A stretch of 64,000 nt of DNA from a virus. The notes below the pieces were generated by a model. The model searched no databases and had not been told where the DNA came from. It was given only the letters and a program-made list of their open reading frames with translations. Below, piece by piece: positions 47,539 to 57,765 of the stretch. Positions within the stretch are counted from its first letter, which is position 1, and each line of letters begins with the position of its first letter. Location of the stretch: the IMG/VR virus record IMGVR_UViG_3300033183_000354, positions 32,001 through 96,000 of that record, one strand, 5' to 3'. Made by a program: the position numbers and the translations under genes.

Positions 47539-47855
47539 CTGTAGACGCTGATGCGGTCGAAGGTGCAGATACTAATGGAGACGGACACATCTCTAAAGAA
47601 GAGATGGAGATGCATTTGGAGTTTAAACGTAAAGCGTTAGAAGATGCTGATGCACAGCGAGATGCTATTCGAAAGATGGCATGGTTCTCGCTTTTCGGTT
47701 TGCTTGTATATCCTATTGGCATCGCGATCACTTCTGCTTTTGGCATGGATCAAGCATCTGAACTTATTGCAGATATTGCGCCTACATACTTTGCTTCTAT
47801 TGCAGTATTAGTTTCAGCATTCTTTGGAGCCGACGCTATCGCTAAAAAGAAGTAA
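47511..47855 (+). CDS. EF-hand two-TM membrane protein (holin-like)
   Basis: DTNGDGHISKEE; two TMs; TATAAATA at 47400-47407. Confidence 0.65.
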   Translation: MAEEEKKRVTVDADAVEGADTNGDGHISKEEMEMHLEFKRKALEDADAQRDAIRKMAWFSLFGLLVYPIGIAITSAFGMDQASELIADIAPTYFASIAVLVSAFFGADAIAKKK

Positions 47856-47879
47856 TATATAATCTAAAGTGAGTTTGTT

Positions 47880-48665
47880 ATGAAAAGATTGATTTACCAA
47901 GTTTACGTTGGACGACGTTCTAAGTTATACGACCTTTGTGTCGATTCAGTAGGTCAATATTGTAAAGAACACAATATCGACCACGTCGTCCAACGAACCC
48001 CTATCCTAAGAATCAAACCTGACGTCTTCGCTACGAATCGAAGTAAAGAGTCGTATGAGAAGCATGGCGGTTATCTTCCTATCTTCGAAAAAGAAAACGC
48101 ATTTACGTACTGGCCAAAGTATGATCAAATTGCAATTGTGGATGCCGATATTTGGATTCGACCAGATTCTCCTAACATCTTTGATGAACTACCAATTGAA
48201 TATGATTTTGGCGGAGTGGTTGAGCGTGAGATGCCGATCACTGACCAATATCGTCAAAAGATCCATAACTATTCTCGTATGCAGTATGGTTCTATTCGAC
48301 TTGATTGGAAATGGGATAAACAGTCGGGTGGCGAATTCTTTAATATGGGGATGATGGTCATGAATAAGAGTATAAGTAAATACTTGAAGGGTCAAACTCC
48401 TCATCAGTTCCTTAATCGACCTGAGTTTAAAGCATTTGTTGATGGTATGGGCGCTTGGAAGTGGTCAACAGACCAAACATTATTAAATACTTGGATTAAA
48501 CAAGAAAAGATGAAGGTAAAGCATCTTGATTGGAAATGGAACGGTCTTTTCAAAGGCATTAAAGATGATAAGGTCCGTGAAGCACACTTTGTACACTTTT
48601 TTCTTAAAGATAAACTCCCTAATCGGGGTGAAAATGTAGATGAACTTATGAGGTTAGTAAAATGA
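47880..48665 (+). CDS. GT-A glycosyltransferase (GT8/GT34-like)
   Basis: VDADIW, FNMGMMV, DQTLLN, WN, FVHF. Confidence 0.8.
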   Translation: MKRLIYQVYVGRRSKLYDLCVDSVGQYCKEHNIDHVVQRTPILRIKPDVFATNRSKESYEKHGGYLPIFEKENAFTYWPKYDQIAIVDADIWIRPDSPNIFDELPIEYDFGGVVEREMPITDQYRQKIHNYSRMQYGSIRLDWKWDKQSGGEFFNMGMMVMNKSISKYLKGQTPHQFLNRPEFKAFVDGMGAWKWSTDQTLLNTWIKQEKMKVKHLDWKWNGLFKGIKDDKVREAHFVHFFLKDKLPNRGENVDELMRLVK

Positions 48666-49801
48666 AAATCGTAGTTGTAGGCGGTGATGGCTTTTGTGGT
48701 TGGCCGACTTCTCTTAAACTGGCAAAAGAAGGCCATGACGTTACCATCGTTGATAACTTCTCACGTAGAAAGATCGACGAAGAGTTAAATAGTAATTCTT
48801 TGACTAACATCGCTGACATTTGGGACCGTTTAGAAGCAGCAAAAGAACATGGTATGGCCATGAGTCTTTGGACTGCTGATGCTACAAACTATAATTCAGT
48901 CTTTGCTATCGTAGATGATATTAGGCCTGATGTAATCGTACACTTTGCTGAACAACGCGCTGCTCCATATTCAATGATTAGCAATAAGGAAAGACGTTAT
49001 ACAGTTGATAATAATATCACTGCTACTCACAATATCCTTAATGCTATCGTCGATATTGATCCTAATATCCATCTGGTACACCTCGGAACGATGGGCGTAT
49101 ATGGTTATTCGAAAGAGTTTGGTGATATCCCTGAAGGATACCTGAACGTGAGGATTAATTCTACTCAACAAGATACTGATATCCTTTATCCTACAAATCC
49201 TGGCAGTGTCTATCATATGACTAAGTCACTTGATCAAATTATGTTCCAATTCTACAACAAAAATTGGGGCTTGAAAATCACTGACTTGCATCAAGGTATT
49301 GTTTGGGGTACACAGACCGAAGAGACTGAACTTGATGAAAGACTCGTTAATCGATTTGACTATGATGGCATCTACGGTACAGTGCTTAATCGATTTATCT
49401 CTCAAGCTGCTACCGGTAATGACATTACTGTGTATGGTGTAGGTGGTCAGGCAAGAGCTTTTATACATATTCAAGACACTGCACGTTGTATCAAACTTGC
49501 ATGTGAAAATCCACCAGAAGGTGGCAAGGTAAGGATCTTTAATCAGGTATCTGAAGTACGAACAGTTAAAGAACTAGCCGAGATCGTGGTAAATTCTTAT
49601 GGTGGTAATATCACTTATGTTGATAATCCAAGAAAAGAATTGGCCGAAAATGAACTGACAGTGAGCAATGAAGGCTTAAAGAGTCTTGGATTTGAACCTA
49701 TCACGCTGTCACAAAGCTTAGTAGATGACGTTAAGTTTATTGCCGAAAAGATGAAAGATAATCTAAAGAAGGAAAACATCTTAACGTCACCTAAATGGTA
49801 A
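48662..49801 (+). CDS. sqdB: UDP-sulfoquinovose synthase
   Basis: GGDGFCGWPT, HFAEQRAAPYSM, HLGTMGVYG, PGSVYHMTK, TDLHQGIVWG, RFDYDG.YGTVLNRF. Confidence 0.93.
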   Translation: MKIVVVGGDGFCGWPTSLKLAKEGHDVTIVDNFSRRKIDEELNSNSLTNIADIWDRLEAAKEHGMAMSLWTADATNYNSVFAIVDDIRPDVIVHFAEQRAAPYSMISNKERRYTVDNNITATHNILNAIVDIDPNIHLVHLGTMGVYGYSKEFGDIPEGYLNVRINSTQQDTDILYPTNPGSVYHMTKSLDQIMFQFYNKNWGLKITDLHQGIVWGTQTEETELDERLVNRFDYDGIYGTVLNRFISQAATGNDITVYGVGGQARAFIHIQDTARCIKLACENPPEGGKVRIFNQVSEVRTVKELAEIVVNSYGGNITYVDNPRKELAENELTVSNEGLKSLGFEPITLSQSLVDDVKFIAEKMKDNLKKENILTSPKW

Positions 49802-49802
49802 A

Positions 49803-50477
49803 ATGAAAAATATTATATTACAACATTATACTGGTGAACTTGGTGAACTTGAAAAACAGAGCGTAGAAAATATCAAGAAATATGCTCATCGTTTTGGGGT
49901 CGACTATCAGCTCGTGACCGGTCAAGTATTCAACGAAAAGTTCACCACTCCAATTCAAAAGCTTTATATGCTTGATAAGGTATGGGATGACTACGATACT
50001 GTAGTTATGCTTGATATCGATATGTTTGCTCCAAAGGATCTTGAAGAAAATGTATTTGAAGTAGAAGGTATTGGTCTTCACGAAGATACTCAAAAAAGAT
50101 TGCATAATAATCTTTGTCGAACATATCCACATCTTGCAAGTAAGATGTATCCATATTGGGGAGGAGCTATCTATAAATTAGATAGAGCAGCACGTCAACA
50201 GCTGAGATTACCTCTTCAGTCCAACACGGGTTGGATGCAAAATTATAATAGACGATATCACTTCGGCGATGAAGGTATCATGCATACTCTTGCGCTTAAG
50301 TCAGACTTTAAGACTGATAAACCATATATGCATAAGAAGTGGTGTCAGTGTAGTTTTCTTCCGGAGCCAGAAAAAGCAGGCTTTATCCATATTCGCACAA
50401 AAGTAACTCCTCGAGGCCCGAAGAGAGAAAAGATCGATAACCTTAAATCGTTACAACAGAGAAATATCATCGAATGA
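49803..50477 (+). CDS. GT-A glycosyltransferase
   Basis: MLDIDMF, DEG, FIH. Confidence 0.7.
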   Translation: MKNIILQHYTGELGELEKQSVENIKKYAHRFGVDYQLVTGQVFNEKFTTPIQKLYMLDKVWDDYDTVVMLDIDMFAPKDLEENVFEVEGIGLHEDTQKRLHNNLCRTYPHLASKMYPYWGGAIYKLDRAARQQLRLPLQSNTGWMQNYNRRYHFGDEGIMHTLALKSDFKTDKPYMHKKWCQCSFLPEPEKAGFIHIRTKVTPRGPKREKIDNLKSLQQRNIIE

Positions 50478-51328
50478 AGATCTTAGTTACCGGCGCCACC
50501 GGATATATTGGCTCACACTTTGTTAAGACAGCAGCTGAACATGGTCATTCTGTAGTCGCTACAGATTATAATCACAAGCAAAATGATATTAGTCAATATG
50601 TTACTGAGATCATTGATTGGGATTTTCGTCGACCTGCTGGTATGAGACGATCATTTGATAAAGTCGTACATATTGGCGCGATGGGTAAGGTACCACTCTC
50701 TGTCAAAAATCCATGGCTTTATTATGAGACAAATGTTGTAGGCACAAAGAACGTGATCGACTTTGCGGACTGTGATCACTTTGTCTATTGCTCAACTGGT
50801 TCTGCTTTTAGTCCTGAAGCTTCTCCATATGCTGCTACTAAGTATGGCGGGGAATTGATAACAAAACAATTCAAAGAAAAACATAGCATCGTAAGGTTTT
50901 ATAATGTTTGTGGCAATAATGGATTTAATAAGTATGATGATGAATATTCCCATTTAATTAGAAAAGCAGCTGCTGTTGCAAATGGCAAGTTTGATACGCT
51001 TGAGATCTTTGGCACAGACTATGATACTCGAGATGGTACGTGTATTAGAAACTATACACACGTAACTGATATCGTTGATTCATTAGAACGAGTAGTTGAT
51101 AATGAGCCTACAGACATCATCGATTGTCTTGGTTCACCTGAAGGCGTAACAGTAAGAGAAGTAATCGATACGATGTGTAATGTTTCAAAAAAGAACTTAC
51201 ATGTAGTAGAAAGAGATAGAAGAGCCGGAGATATTCCAGTCTCAACTGTACCAGATAAATCAATACATTTTATGCAAACTAAGTCTGTTGCCGATATGTG
51301 TCTAGATGCATTGGATCATGAAGTATGA
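50474..51328 (+). CDS. galE: UDP-glucose 4-epimerase-like SDR
   Basis: GATGYIGSH, YAATK, GTDYDTRDGTCIR. Confidence 0.85.
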   Translation: MKILVTGATGYIGSHFVKTAAEHGHSVVATDYNHKQNDISQYVTEIIDWDFRRPAGMRRSFDKVVHIGAMGKVPLSVKNPWLYYETNVVGTKNVIDFADCDHFVYCSTGSAFSPEASPYAATKYGGELITKQFKEKHSIVRFYNVCGNNGFNKYDDEYSHLIRKAAAVANGKFDTLEIFGTDYDTRDGTCIRNYTHVTDIVDSLERVVDNEPTDIIDCLGSPEGVTVREVIDTMCNVSKKNLHVVERDRRAGDIPVSTVPDKSIHFMQTKSVADMCLDALDHEV

Positions 51329-52119
51329 AGAAATATTTAATTTACCAATATTGGATAGGTCCAACCATGGAGAAGTGTGCCGAATATGGCATTGAAACCA
51401 TGAAAGCGTATGCTAAAAAGATTGGCGCCGAATATCGATTCGAAAGAAATCCTACTTTCTTTAATAATATTTGTTCTCAACCTGCAGCCTTTAATTCATT
51501 TCAACCTGTCTTCAATGAAGAGTATCATGAGTATGATGCTGTACTAACACTTGACACTGACATCTTTCCAGTTGATGGCATCGAAGAGAATATCTTTGAG
51601 TCGGATCTTGGAGAGATGAATATTTGTGAAGAAGTGCATATGCCAGCGCTAAAGAAGAAGACTGGTACGTATGACATCCAAGAGAAATGGTCACAAGAAG
51701 TGGAACGATTCTATGACATTGAAATGCCTAAAAATAAAGATGGATTATACAAGATTTATAATGGCGGCTTAGCAATCTATACAAAAGATGGTATGAAGAA
51801 AGGCAAGGAGCTGATGCAACCTATTCAGCCTTTCATGGATCACTTTAGATCAAAGTTTAGTCGTAAACTCTTTTGGAGGGATCAGGCTTATGTACATGCT
51901 ATGTTCGTAAAAAGTGGTTTACAATCGAAAGAACTTGATGTAAAATGGAATACACAAATACACTATGAACCAAATACAAAAGGACCTAAAAGGCCAGTTA
52001 TAGATATTAGAAATAAAGATACTCGCTTCGTTCATCTACAACTATCTGGTTCAAGTGATTGGGATAAACAAAGGATTTGGGAAGCGGTCAATTTACCGCC
52101 AACTATGTGGAACAACTAA
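51325..52119 (+). CDS. GT-A glycosyltransferase
   Basis: LDTDIF, YNGG, DQAY, WN, FVH. Confidence 0.75.
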   Translation: MKKYLIYQYWIGPTMEKCAEYGIETMKAYAKKIGAEYRFERNPTFFNNICSQPAAFNSFQPVFNEEYHEYDAVLTLDTDIFPVDGIEENIFESDLGEMNICEEVHMPALKKKTGTYDIQEKWSQEVERFYDIEMPKNKDGLYKIYNGGLAIYTKDGMKKGKELMQPIQPFMDHFRSKFSRKLFWRDQAYVHAMFVKSGLQSKELDVKWNTQIHYEPNTKGPKRPVIDIRNKDTRFVHLQLSGSSDWDKQRIWEAVNLPPTMWNN

Positions 52120-52847
52120 TGACTTTATGGAATGAAATTAAATCAAATATAGCAAATGACTTTAAGAGTAAGCAAAAAAACTTCTTAAAGTCAAATGCAG
52201 TGAAGAAGACGATGCATTTTCATAACCCAAAATTATGCAGTCGTTTATACGAACGTGTCAAAAAAGATCCACGGATTAGTCAAATTAAAGATCCTCAAAT
52301 TGGATCTCCTACACTTTATAAATTAGGCCTATCACAATCAACTCTTCGAAGTTTTTATTATTATAAGCTTTTTGAAGATACATTTGGAACTGAGATCGAT
52401 CATATTACAGACTTTGGAGCAGGTTATGGTAATAACTGCAGAGTATGGCATGATTTAGGGTTTAATGGTGAATATTATCTCGTTGACTTGCCTGAAGTCA
52501 CTGAGCTTCAACAATACTATACTTCAAAGACTGTTAAAGGTAATCTACGCTTTATGTCGGCCGAGACTCTCAAACAACCTTCAACTCGAAATGGATTATT
52601 CTTCGCTACATTTAGTTTGGATGAAACTCCTTATGAAGTAAGGGATATGATGGAAGAGAAGCTACGTAATTATCGTTATATCTTTATTCATTATAATGAT
52701 TCATTTCCTGTATATGGCCGCGACCAAGAAGAAATAGATAATGTAAAGTATTTTAAAGATCTTCAGAAGCGATTGTTTAAATATAATTTTTATGATATTA
52801 AAGATGAGATGCAGATGAAAAACTATATGATAGGTGTTAAGAAATGA
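52119..52847 (+). CDS. Putative sugar O-methyltransferase
   Basis: DFGAGYG, VDLPEV, FSLDE. Confidence 0.7.
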   Translation: MTLWNEIKSNIANDFKSKQKNFLKSNAVKKTMHFHNPKLCSRLYERVKKDPRISQIKDPQIGSPTLYKLGLSQSTLRSFYYYKLFEDTFGTEIDHITDFGAGYGNNCRVWHDLGFNGEYYLVDLPEVTELQQYYTSKTVKGNLRFMSAETLKQPSTRNGLFFATFSLDETPYEVRDMMEEKLRNYRYIFIHYNDSFPVYGRDQEEIDNVKYFKDLQKRLFKYNFYDIKDEMQMKNYMIGVKK

Positions 52848-53419
52848 TCAATTCAGATTTATCACATGTAGAGACTCTAGTTGAATTTAATGAGTCTATT
52901 CGTGAACAACAAGAAGAAGCTCATGGTAAAGACTATTGTGCTATTCATGACGCAATTAAAAAGTATATGAAAGAATGTAAGAGTTATATGGAACTTGGTA
53001 CACATCAAGGCGGTACTGCTTCGACTGCTATGCTCTGTAATCCAGAATTTATTCAACTCGTTGATATTGACTTCTCTCGTTATAATAAATTCCTCGCACC
53101 TATCGCAAGAAAATACTGTAAAGAAAACGACATCAAGCTTTCAATCAAACAAGCTGACTCAACAGGCCTTGGTTCTACTGCTTGGGTCGATATGTTGGTC
53201 ATCGACTCTTATCATCATCCTCAGCATATGATAAAAGAATTAAATATGCATGCTGGTCACGTAAGTAAATATATCATCGCTCATGATACGAGCGTACTAC
53301 ATGGCAATCCTAATGATTCTCTTTATCGTGTTCTTAAAAACTTTGCGAGTGATGGTAAATGGGAAATCATTGAACACAATACAAATAATGTAGGTTATAC
53401 GGTATTGAAAAAACAATGA
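52844..53419 (+). CDS. SAM-dependent methyltransferase
   Basis: ELGTHQGGT, IDSYH, IAHDT. Confidence 0.75.
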   Translation: MINSDLSHVETLVEFNESIREQQEEAHGKDYCAIHDAIKKYMKECKSYMELGTHQGGTASTAMLCNPEFIQLVDIDFSRYNKFLAPIARKYCKENDIKLSIKQADSTGLGSTAWVDMLVIDSYHHPQHMIKELNMHAGHVSKYIIAHDTSVLHGNPNDSLYRVLKNFASDGKWEIIEHNTNNVGYTVLKKQ

Positions 53420-54117
53420 AAGCATATGTAATCACGATAGAAGGTCACGGTATATCCGAAGAAGCCGCTGCTAATTGTGTCATTAGTAGTAAGTCAGTAA
53501 AGAATGACTTTGACGTTGAAGTCTTCAAAGCTGTTGTACCTTCTGAAGTTCCGGCTCTTATGCGAGACTTTAGAGTAAAATGGAACTATCCATGGGAAGG
53601 ACAAATATTTGACTTTAAGACTGGCCTTAAAAAGACTGCATATCCTACTAAAAATAGAGACGCAAGAATCGCATGTGCTCTGAGTCATTATTCTCTTTGG
53701 AGAGAATGTCTGCATAAGCATAAAGATATTCTTGTCCTTGAGCATGACGCTCGATTCAAACGTAAACTCGATACTGGATTAATAGATCGTAATAAGTATG
53801 TTATCATTGGCATTAATAACCCTCTCTTTGCGACGAGGAAATCAAAAGAATTTAAAGACAAAGTTGATCAATATCAAAAGCAGTATGAAGTCGTTCCTGC
53901 ACCGACTATTGATGATCATGATGTACCACAGGGATTAGCCGGAAACTCTGCATACATAATTAAACCAAAGGGCGCAGAGAAGATGATTAAGCTTGTTGAA
54001 GAACATGGCCTTTGGCCAAATGATGCACTAATGTGTAAACAGCTTGTACCATTACTTGGAGTAACGACCACATTTTACACAGAAGTACAAGGAACACCTT
54101 CAACTACATCGAGATAA
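53416..54117 (+). CDS. GT25 glycosyltransferase
   Basis: ACALSHYSLW, LEHDA, AYIIKP.GA. Confidence 0.82.
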   Translation: MKAYVITIEGHGISEEAAANCVISSKSVKNDFDVEVFKAVVPSEVPALMRDFRVKWNYPWEGQIFDFKTGLKKTAYPTKNRDARIACALSHYSLWRECLHKHKDILVLEHDARFKRKLDTGLIDRNKYVIIGINNPLFATRKSKEFKDKVDQYQKQYEVVPAPTIDDHDVPQGLAGNSAYIIKPKGAEKMIKLVEEHGLWPNDALMCKQLVPLLGVTTTFYTEVQGTPSTTSR

Positions 54118-54119
54118 AA

Positions 54120-54770
54120 ATGAAAGCATACGTAATTACGATTCAAGACAATGAAAGATCTGTGCAGGTAGCATCACGTTGCATGCAATCTGCAGAGAGA
54201 AATGGTATTGTAGTAAAACAATGGAAAGCTACAACTCCGATAGATATGCCTATCGATAAGCTTATCTTGGATGATGTAAAGATCACTGGATTACATGAAG
54301 CATATTCGCGAATCGCTAACTGTGCTGCAGCATTTCATTCTCATTATTCTTTATGGAAACACTGTGTCGAAACTGATGAAGAGCTATTGATTTTTGAACA
54401 CGATGCATATGTTATCGATCAGATTAAAACTAATCTTCCATATGAAAAGGCAATGTCAATCGGTAAGCCTTCTTATGGTAAGTTTAATATCCCTCCTCAT
54501 CTTGGCATTAATCCTCTTACGTCAAAAAGTTATTTCCCGGGTGCTCATGCATATTTTGTAAAACCAGCTGGAGCAAAAGAGTTTATTAAGCAAGCAAAGG
54601 TATTTGCTAGACCAACAGATGTATTCCTTAATACGCAATCATTTCCATGGTTACAAGAATATTATCCTTGGCCAGTAGAAGCGCGTGATAACTTTACAAC
54701 CATTCAAAACGAAAAGGGCTGTTACGCTAAACATAATTATGGTGAAGCTTATGACATTGAAGAAGTATGA
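54120..54770 (+). CDS. GT25 glycosyltransferase
   Basis: SHYSLW, FEHDA, GAHAYFVKP.GA. Confidence 0.82.
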   Translation: MKAYVITIQDNERSVQVASRCMQSAERNGIVVKQWKATTPIDMPIDKLILDDVKITGLHEAYSRIANCAAAFHSHYSLWKHCVETDEELLIFEHDAYVIDQIKTNLPYEKAMSIGKPSYGKFNIPPHLGINPLTSKSYFPGAHAYFVKPAGAKEFIKQAKVFARPTDVFLNTQSFPWLQEYYPWPVEARDNFTTIQNEKGCYAKHNYGEAYDIEEV

Positions 54771-55401
54771 TGAAGCGTTTTTGACAGGCTGTGATGAAGG
54801 CCATGCGTGGATGCTTCCATGGTTCGTTGAAAACTACAAAAAATATAACAAAACTCCTCTCGTCTTTGCTGATTTTGGGGTTTCTAAGGATACAATGGAG
54901 TTTGTGCAACAAAACTTCCATGCGATCCTTGATATGACGAAGACTAAAGAAAAAGGTTGGTTTAAGAAACCACGTTCAATGCTCTATGCGCCTTCACGTA
55001 AGACTGTATGGATTGATACTGACTGTGAAGTAAAAGCAAATATCGAAGACTTATTCAATATGCTTGAGCCTGGTAAACTTGCTATGGTCGAAGATAAACC
55101 ATGGTCAAAGAGAAGAGGAGATCTGTGGCATAACTCAGGAGTAGTGGGCTTTATAGATAAGCCTATAATCCTCCATCAATGGTGTCAAAATGTACACGAT
55201 GATCCTACTGTTGGAGATCAAGAGGTCTTACATAGTATGTTAAATCCTATTACCAAATTAACATACATTAAAGACTTACCAAATGAATATAATGTGATGA
55301 GACTGCAACTTGATCATGATGGATATAAAGGTGAAACGAAGATTATCCATTGGACAGGCGCAAAAGGGAAAGAGCGTATTAGGAGTATGATGAATGGCTA
55401 G
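54751..55401 (+). CDS. GT-A glycosyltransferase (GT8-like)
   Basis: WIDTD, NSGVV, GDQEVL, YN, IIHWTG..K. Confidence 0.75.
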   Translation: MTLKKYDEAFLTGCDEGHAWMLPWFVENYKKYNKTPLVFADFGVSKDTMEFVQQNFHAILDMTKTKEKGWFKKPRSMLYAPSRKTVWIDTDCEVKANIEDLFNMLEPGKLAMVEDKPWSKRRGDLWHNSGVVGFIDKPIILHQWCQNVHDDPTVGDQEVLHSMLNPITKLTYIKDLPNEYNVMRLQLDHDGYKGETKIIHWTGAKGKERIRSMMNG

Positions 55402-56002
55402 AGTTGTTCATGTATTAGGTAATGGTGATTCAGCTTCTTTTTATAATGCTGAACCTCGTAAAGGATTAAAGCTTACCTGTAATTTGCCACCATTTGAAGT
55501 AAATGACGTATATGCTACTACGATCGTTGACTTTAAGATGATGAGAGCGATGGCTAAAGGTGAGATCATTGTTCCAGGTCAATGGGTCCTTGGTATGAGA
55601 CCAAAAATATTCCTCGATGGTAACCCTCAAGCCCATATGCGGTTTGCCCAACAGATTAAACAATTCTATTTGACTCTACCAAAGTATTGTCCTAACTATA
55701 CAGATTTAAGCTGTGGTCACTTTGCCGTACATTATGCAGCATCAACGTTTAAGCCTGATGAGATCCATATGTATGGATTTGATGCTATCTTTGACTTTAA
55801 TCTACGTAGCTCTTCAGATCTTTTTATGCATTCAGATCGTGAAAATATGAATAACAATCGCCTAGCTACTAACTGGAGACCAGTTTGGACTGGCATCTGG
55901 AATGAGTTCAAAGACGTCAAATTTGTACTCCATCATTTTCATAATGGTCTTAAGCCTAAACACGGTGATAACGTAGAGATTAAAGTTTATTCGAAAAAAT
56001 AA
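55394..56002 (+). CDS. Rossmann-like sugar transferase (GT29/MAF-like) protein
   Basis: VLGNGDS...CN...SCG..A...MYGFD. Confidence 0.5.
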   Translation: MARVVHVLGNGDSASFYNAEPRKGLKLTCNLPPFEVNDVYATTIVDFKMMRAMAKGEIIVPGQWVLGMRPKIFLDGNPQAHMRFAQQIKQFYLTLPKYCPNYTDLSCGHFAVHYAASTFKPDEIHMYGFDAIFDFNLRSSSDLFMHSDRENMNNNRLATNWRPVWTGIWNEFKDVKFVLHHFHNGLKPKHGDNVEIKVYSKK

Positions 56003-56072
56003 TGCGTTTTTTTGTTTACAAGCTCCTCTTTTTATGGTAAGATAGGATCATAATAAAAGAGGAGTTAATATT
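55998..56072 (+). promoter_or_regulatory. Early promoter cassette (repeat copy)
   Basis: Near-identical to 46378-46453. Confidence 0.75.
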
Positions 56073-56285
56073 ATGTCACGTTTGAAAGACCTTATCATCG
56101 ACGCACAAGAACTAGCTTGTGAAAACTATAATCTCGATCGTCGAGATTTTCGTACAATAATCGAAAAAGAGTTTGCCGATCATCCATATCGTCCATTGAT
56201 GATCCAAGCAGCTTATCAATGCTACGATGAAATCCAAAATGAAATGTATGCATGGCACGAAGGAGCACTCCAAGGTGTCGCATAG
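56073..56285 (+). CDS. Hypothetical early protein
   Basis: GAGGAG RBS. Confidence 0.7.
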   Translation: MSRLKDLIIDAQELACENYNLDRRDFRTIIEKEFADHPYRPLMIQAAYQCYDEIQNEMYAWHEGALQGVA

Positions 56286-56475
56286 TTCTGATATCGTCAA
56301 TACCAAAAATCACTGGGCAGTAGGCATTCGCTGGCCAGTGATTGGTAGTCGCGGTGATAAATATACAGTGGAAATGACAGACTATGGCTTTGAATGTAAC
56401 TGTATATCATTCCGCAAGTGCAAACATATCAAACAAGTAGAGGCATTATTCGATGATCACAGTGAAGGGCGGTAG
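56275..56475 (+). CDS. SWIM zinc-finger protein
   Basis: GSRGDKYTV...CNC...CKH. Confidence 0.75.
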   Translation: MSHSSDIVNTKNHWAVGIRWPVIGSRGDKYTVEMTDYGFECNCISFRKCKHIKQVEALFDDHSEGR

Positions 56476-56869
56476 AGCCAAACAAAGGCAGATTGTTAAT
56501 CGTGCTGCAGAGTTTGCGTGGAATTATCTCATGCCACGAGTCAGAAACTGTTTCGTCGATATTCAACTGAAAAAAATTGAAGATGCTCAAGGCTATTGTC
56601 TTGAAGTTGATGATCGGATGTATGATCTTGAGATTGATAGTCGACTCGAAGGTGACGACTTATTGACTTGTGTTTTTCATGAGATGGTTCATGTGAAGCA
56701 AGGTGTTCGTGGAGAGTTGAAAGATAAAACTTATTTCGCGAAGATATGGAAGGGTGAAGAATATCTTAATTTTGTCTATGATGTTAATCACCCATGGGAA
56801 GAAGAAGCTTATCGTTTACAGGAGGTAATTTTAGAAGCATGGAAACGTACTCGTTCGGGATCCCCTTGA
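56453..56869 (+). CDS. Zincin-like metallopeptidase
   Basis: HEMVHVKQ...PWEEEAY. Confidence 0.75.
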   Translation: MITVKGGRAKQRQIVNRAAEFAWNYLMPRVRNCFVDIQLKKIEDAQGYCLEVDDRMYDLEIDSRLEGDDLLTCVFHEMVHVKQGVRGELKDKTYFAKIWKGEEYLNFVYDVNHPWEEEAYRLQEVILEAWKRTRSGSP

Positions 56870-57111
56870 AACCGGTGGATCAAACTGACAAAGAAGCTGA
56901 ATACTACCGTGACATGGTAGTAAAACAAGGCGATCATATTGAACTGCTCAAGCAAAATGTTCATGAATTACAAGGTCAACTACAGCAAGCATATCGTCGA
57001 ATCGCTGAATTGAGAGAAGCACTCGATGTAGAAATTGGAGAAAAACAAAATGAAGAAAATCTTATTGTCGACTACACCCTTATTCCTACTCGCAACGACA
57101 GCATTCGCTGA
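56839..57111 (+). CDS. Coiled-coil hypothetical protein
   Basis: Heptad-rich ORF in operon. Confidence 0.55.
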   Translation: METYSFGIPLKPVDQTDKEAEYYRDMVVKQGDHIELLKQNVHELQGQLQQAYRRIAELREALDVEIGEKQNEENLIVDYTLIPTRNDSIR

Positions 57112-57436
57112 GACTACTCAAGATCATTATAAAACTGTTATTGTTCAAAAGCCATATACAGTTGAAATCTGTACTCAAGGCAACAACAAGTCAGAAGTTC
57201 AAAACTTTCTAGAAGGAGCTATTGTAGGTGGTGCTATTGGCAATAACATTCCTGGTGAAAAGAATGGTGGAGCGCTCGGAGCATTCTTAGGTGGTGTACT
57301 CAATACTGAGAGAAACAAAGGACCTCAGTGTCGTACCGAAACACGATATGAGGAAGAGACAAAGACAATCTATTCTCATTCAACTGTTACCTTTACGCAT
57401 GAAGGTCGTCAATACTCACTGAGGTTTCAGAAATAA
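57050..57436 (+). CDS. Exported glycine-zipper protein
   Basis: Signal peptide; GAIVGGAIG...GALGAFLGG. Confidence 0.8.
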   Translation: MKKILLSTTPLFLLATTAFAETTQDHYKTVIVQKPYTVEICTQGNNKSEVQNFLEGAIVGGAIGNNIPGEKNGGALGAFLGGVLNTERNKGPQCRTETRYEEETKTIYSHSTVTFTHEGRQYSLRFQK

Positions 57437-57684
57437 TGTACACCGTCTACTCAAAAGCAGGATGCATCTTTTGCGATGCAGCAATGGATCTAATGGATCG
57501 CCATCACATTCAATACAAAGAAATCAAAGTTCATCTAGACGAAGGTGCTCGAGCTCTATTCAAGCAGAGAAAATGGACAACTGTTCCTCAGATTATTGAT
57601 GATAACGGCATCCATATTGGTGGCTATGAGGACTTTAAAAAAAGTCTGATTGTTGAAAACCCAGCCGAGGTAAATTCATTTTAA
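57436..57684 (+). CDS. Glutaredoxin
   Basis: CIFC, TVPQI, IGGY. Confidence 0.9.
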   Translation: MYTVYSKAGCIFCDAAMDLMDRHHIQYKEIKVHLDEGARALFKQRKWTTVPQIIDDNGIHIGGYEDFKKSLIVENPAEVNSF

Positions 57685-57765
57685 TTGAAAAAAGTGCATT
57701 TTTTAGTGTACATTTACTGAGAGTTGTAGTATAATATATACATGATTGAAAAAGAGGAGCTAATC

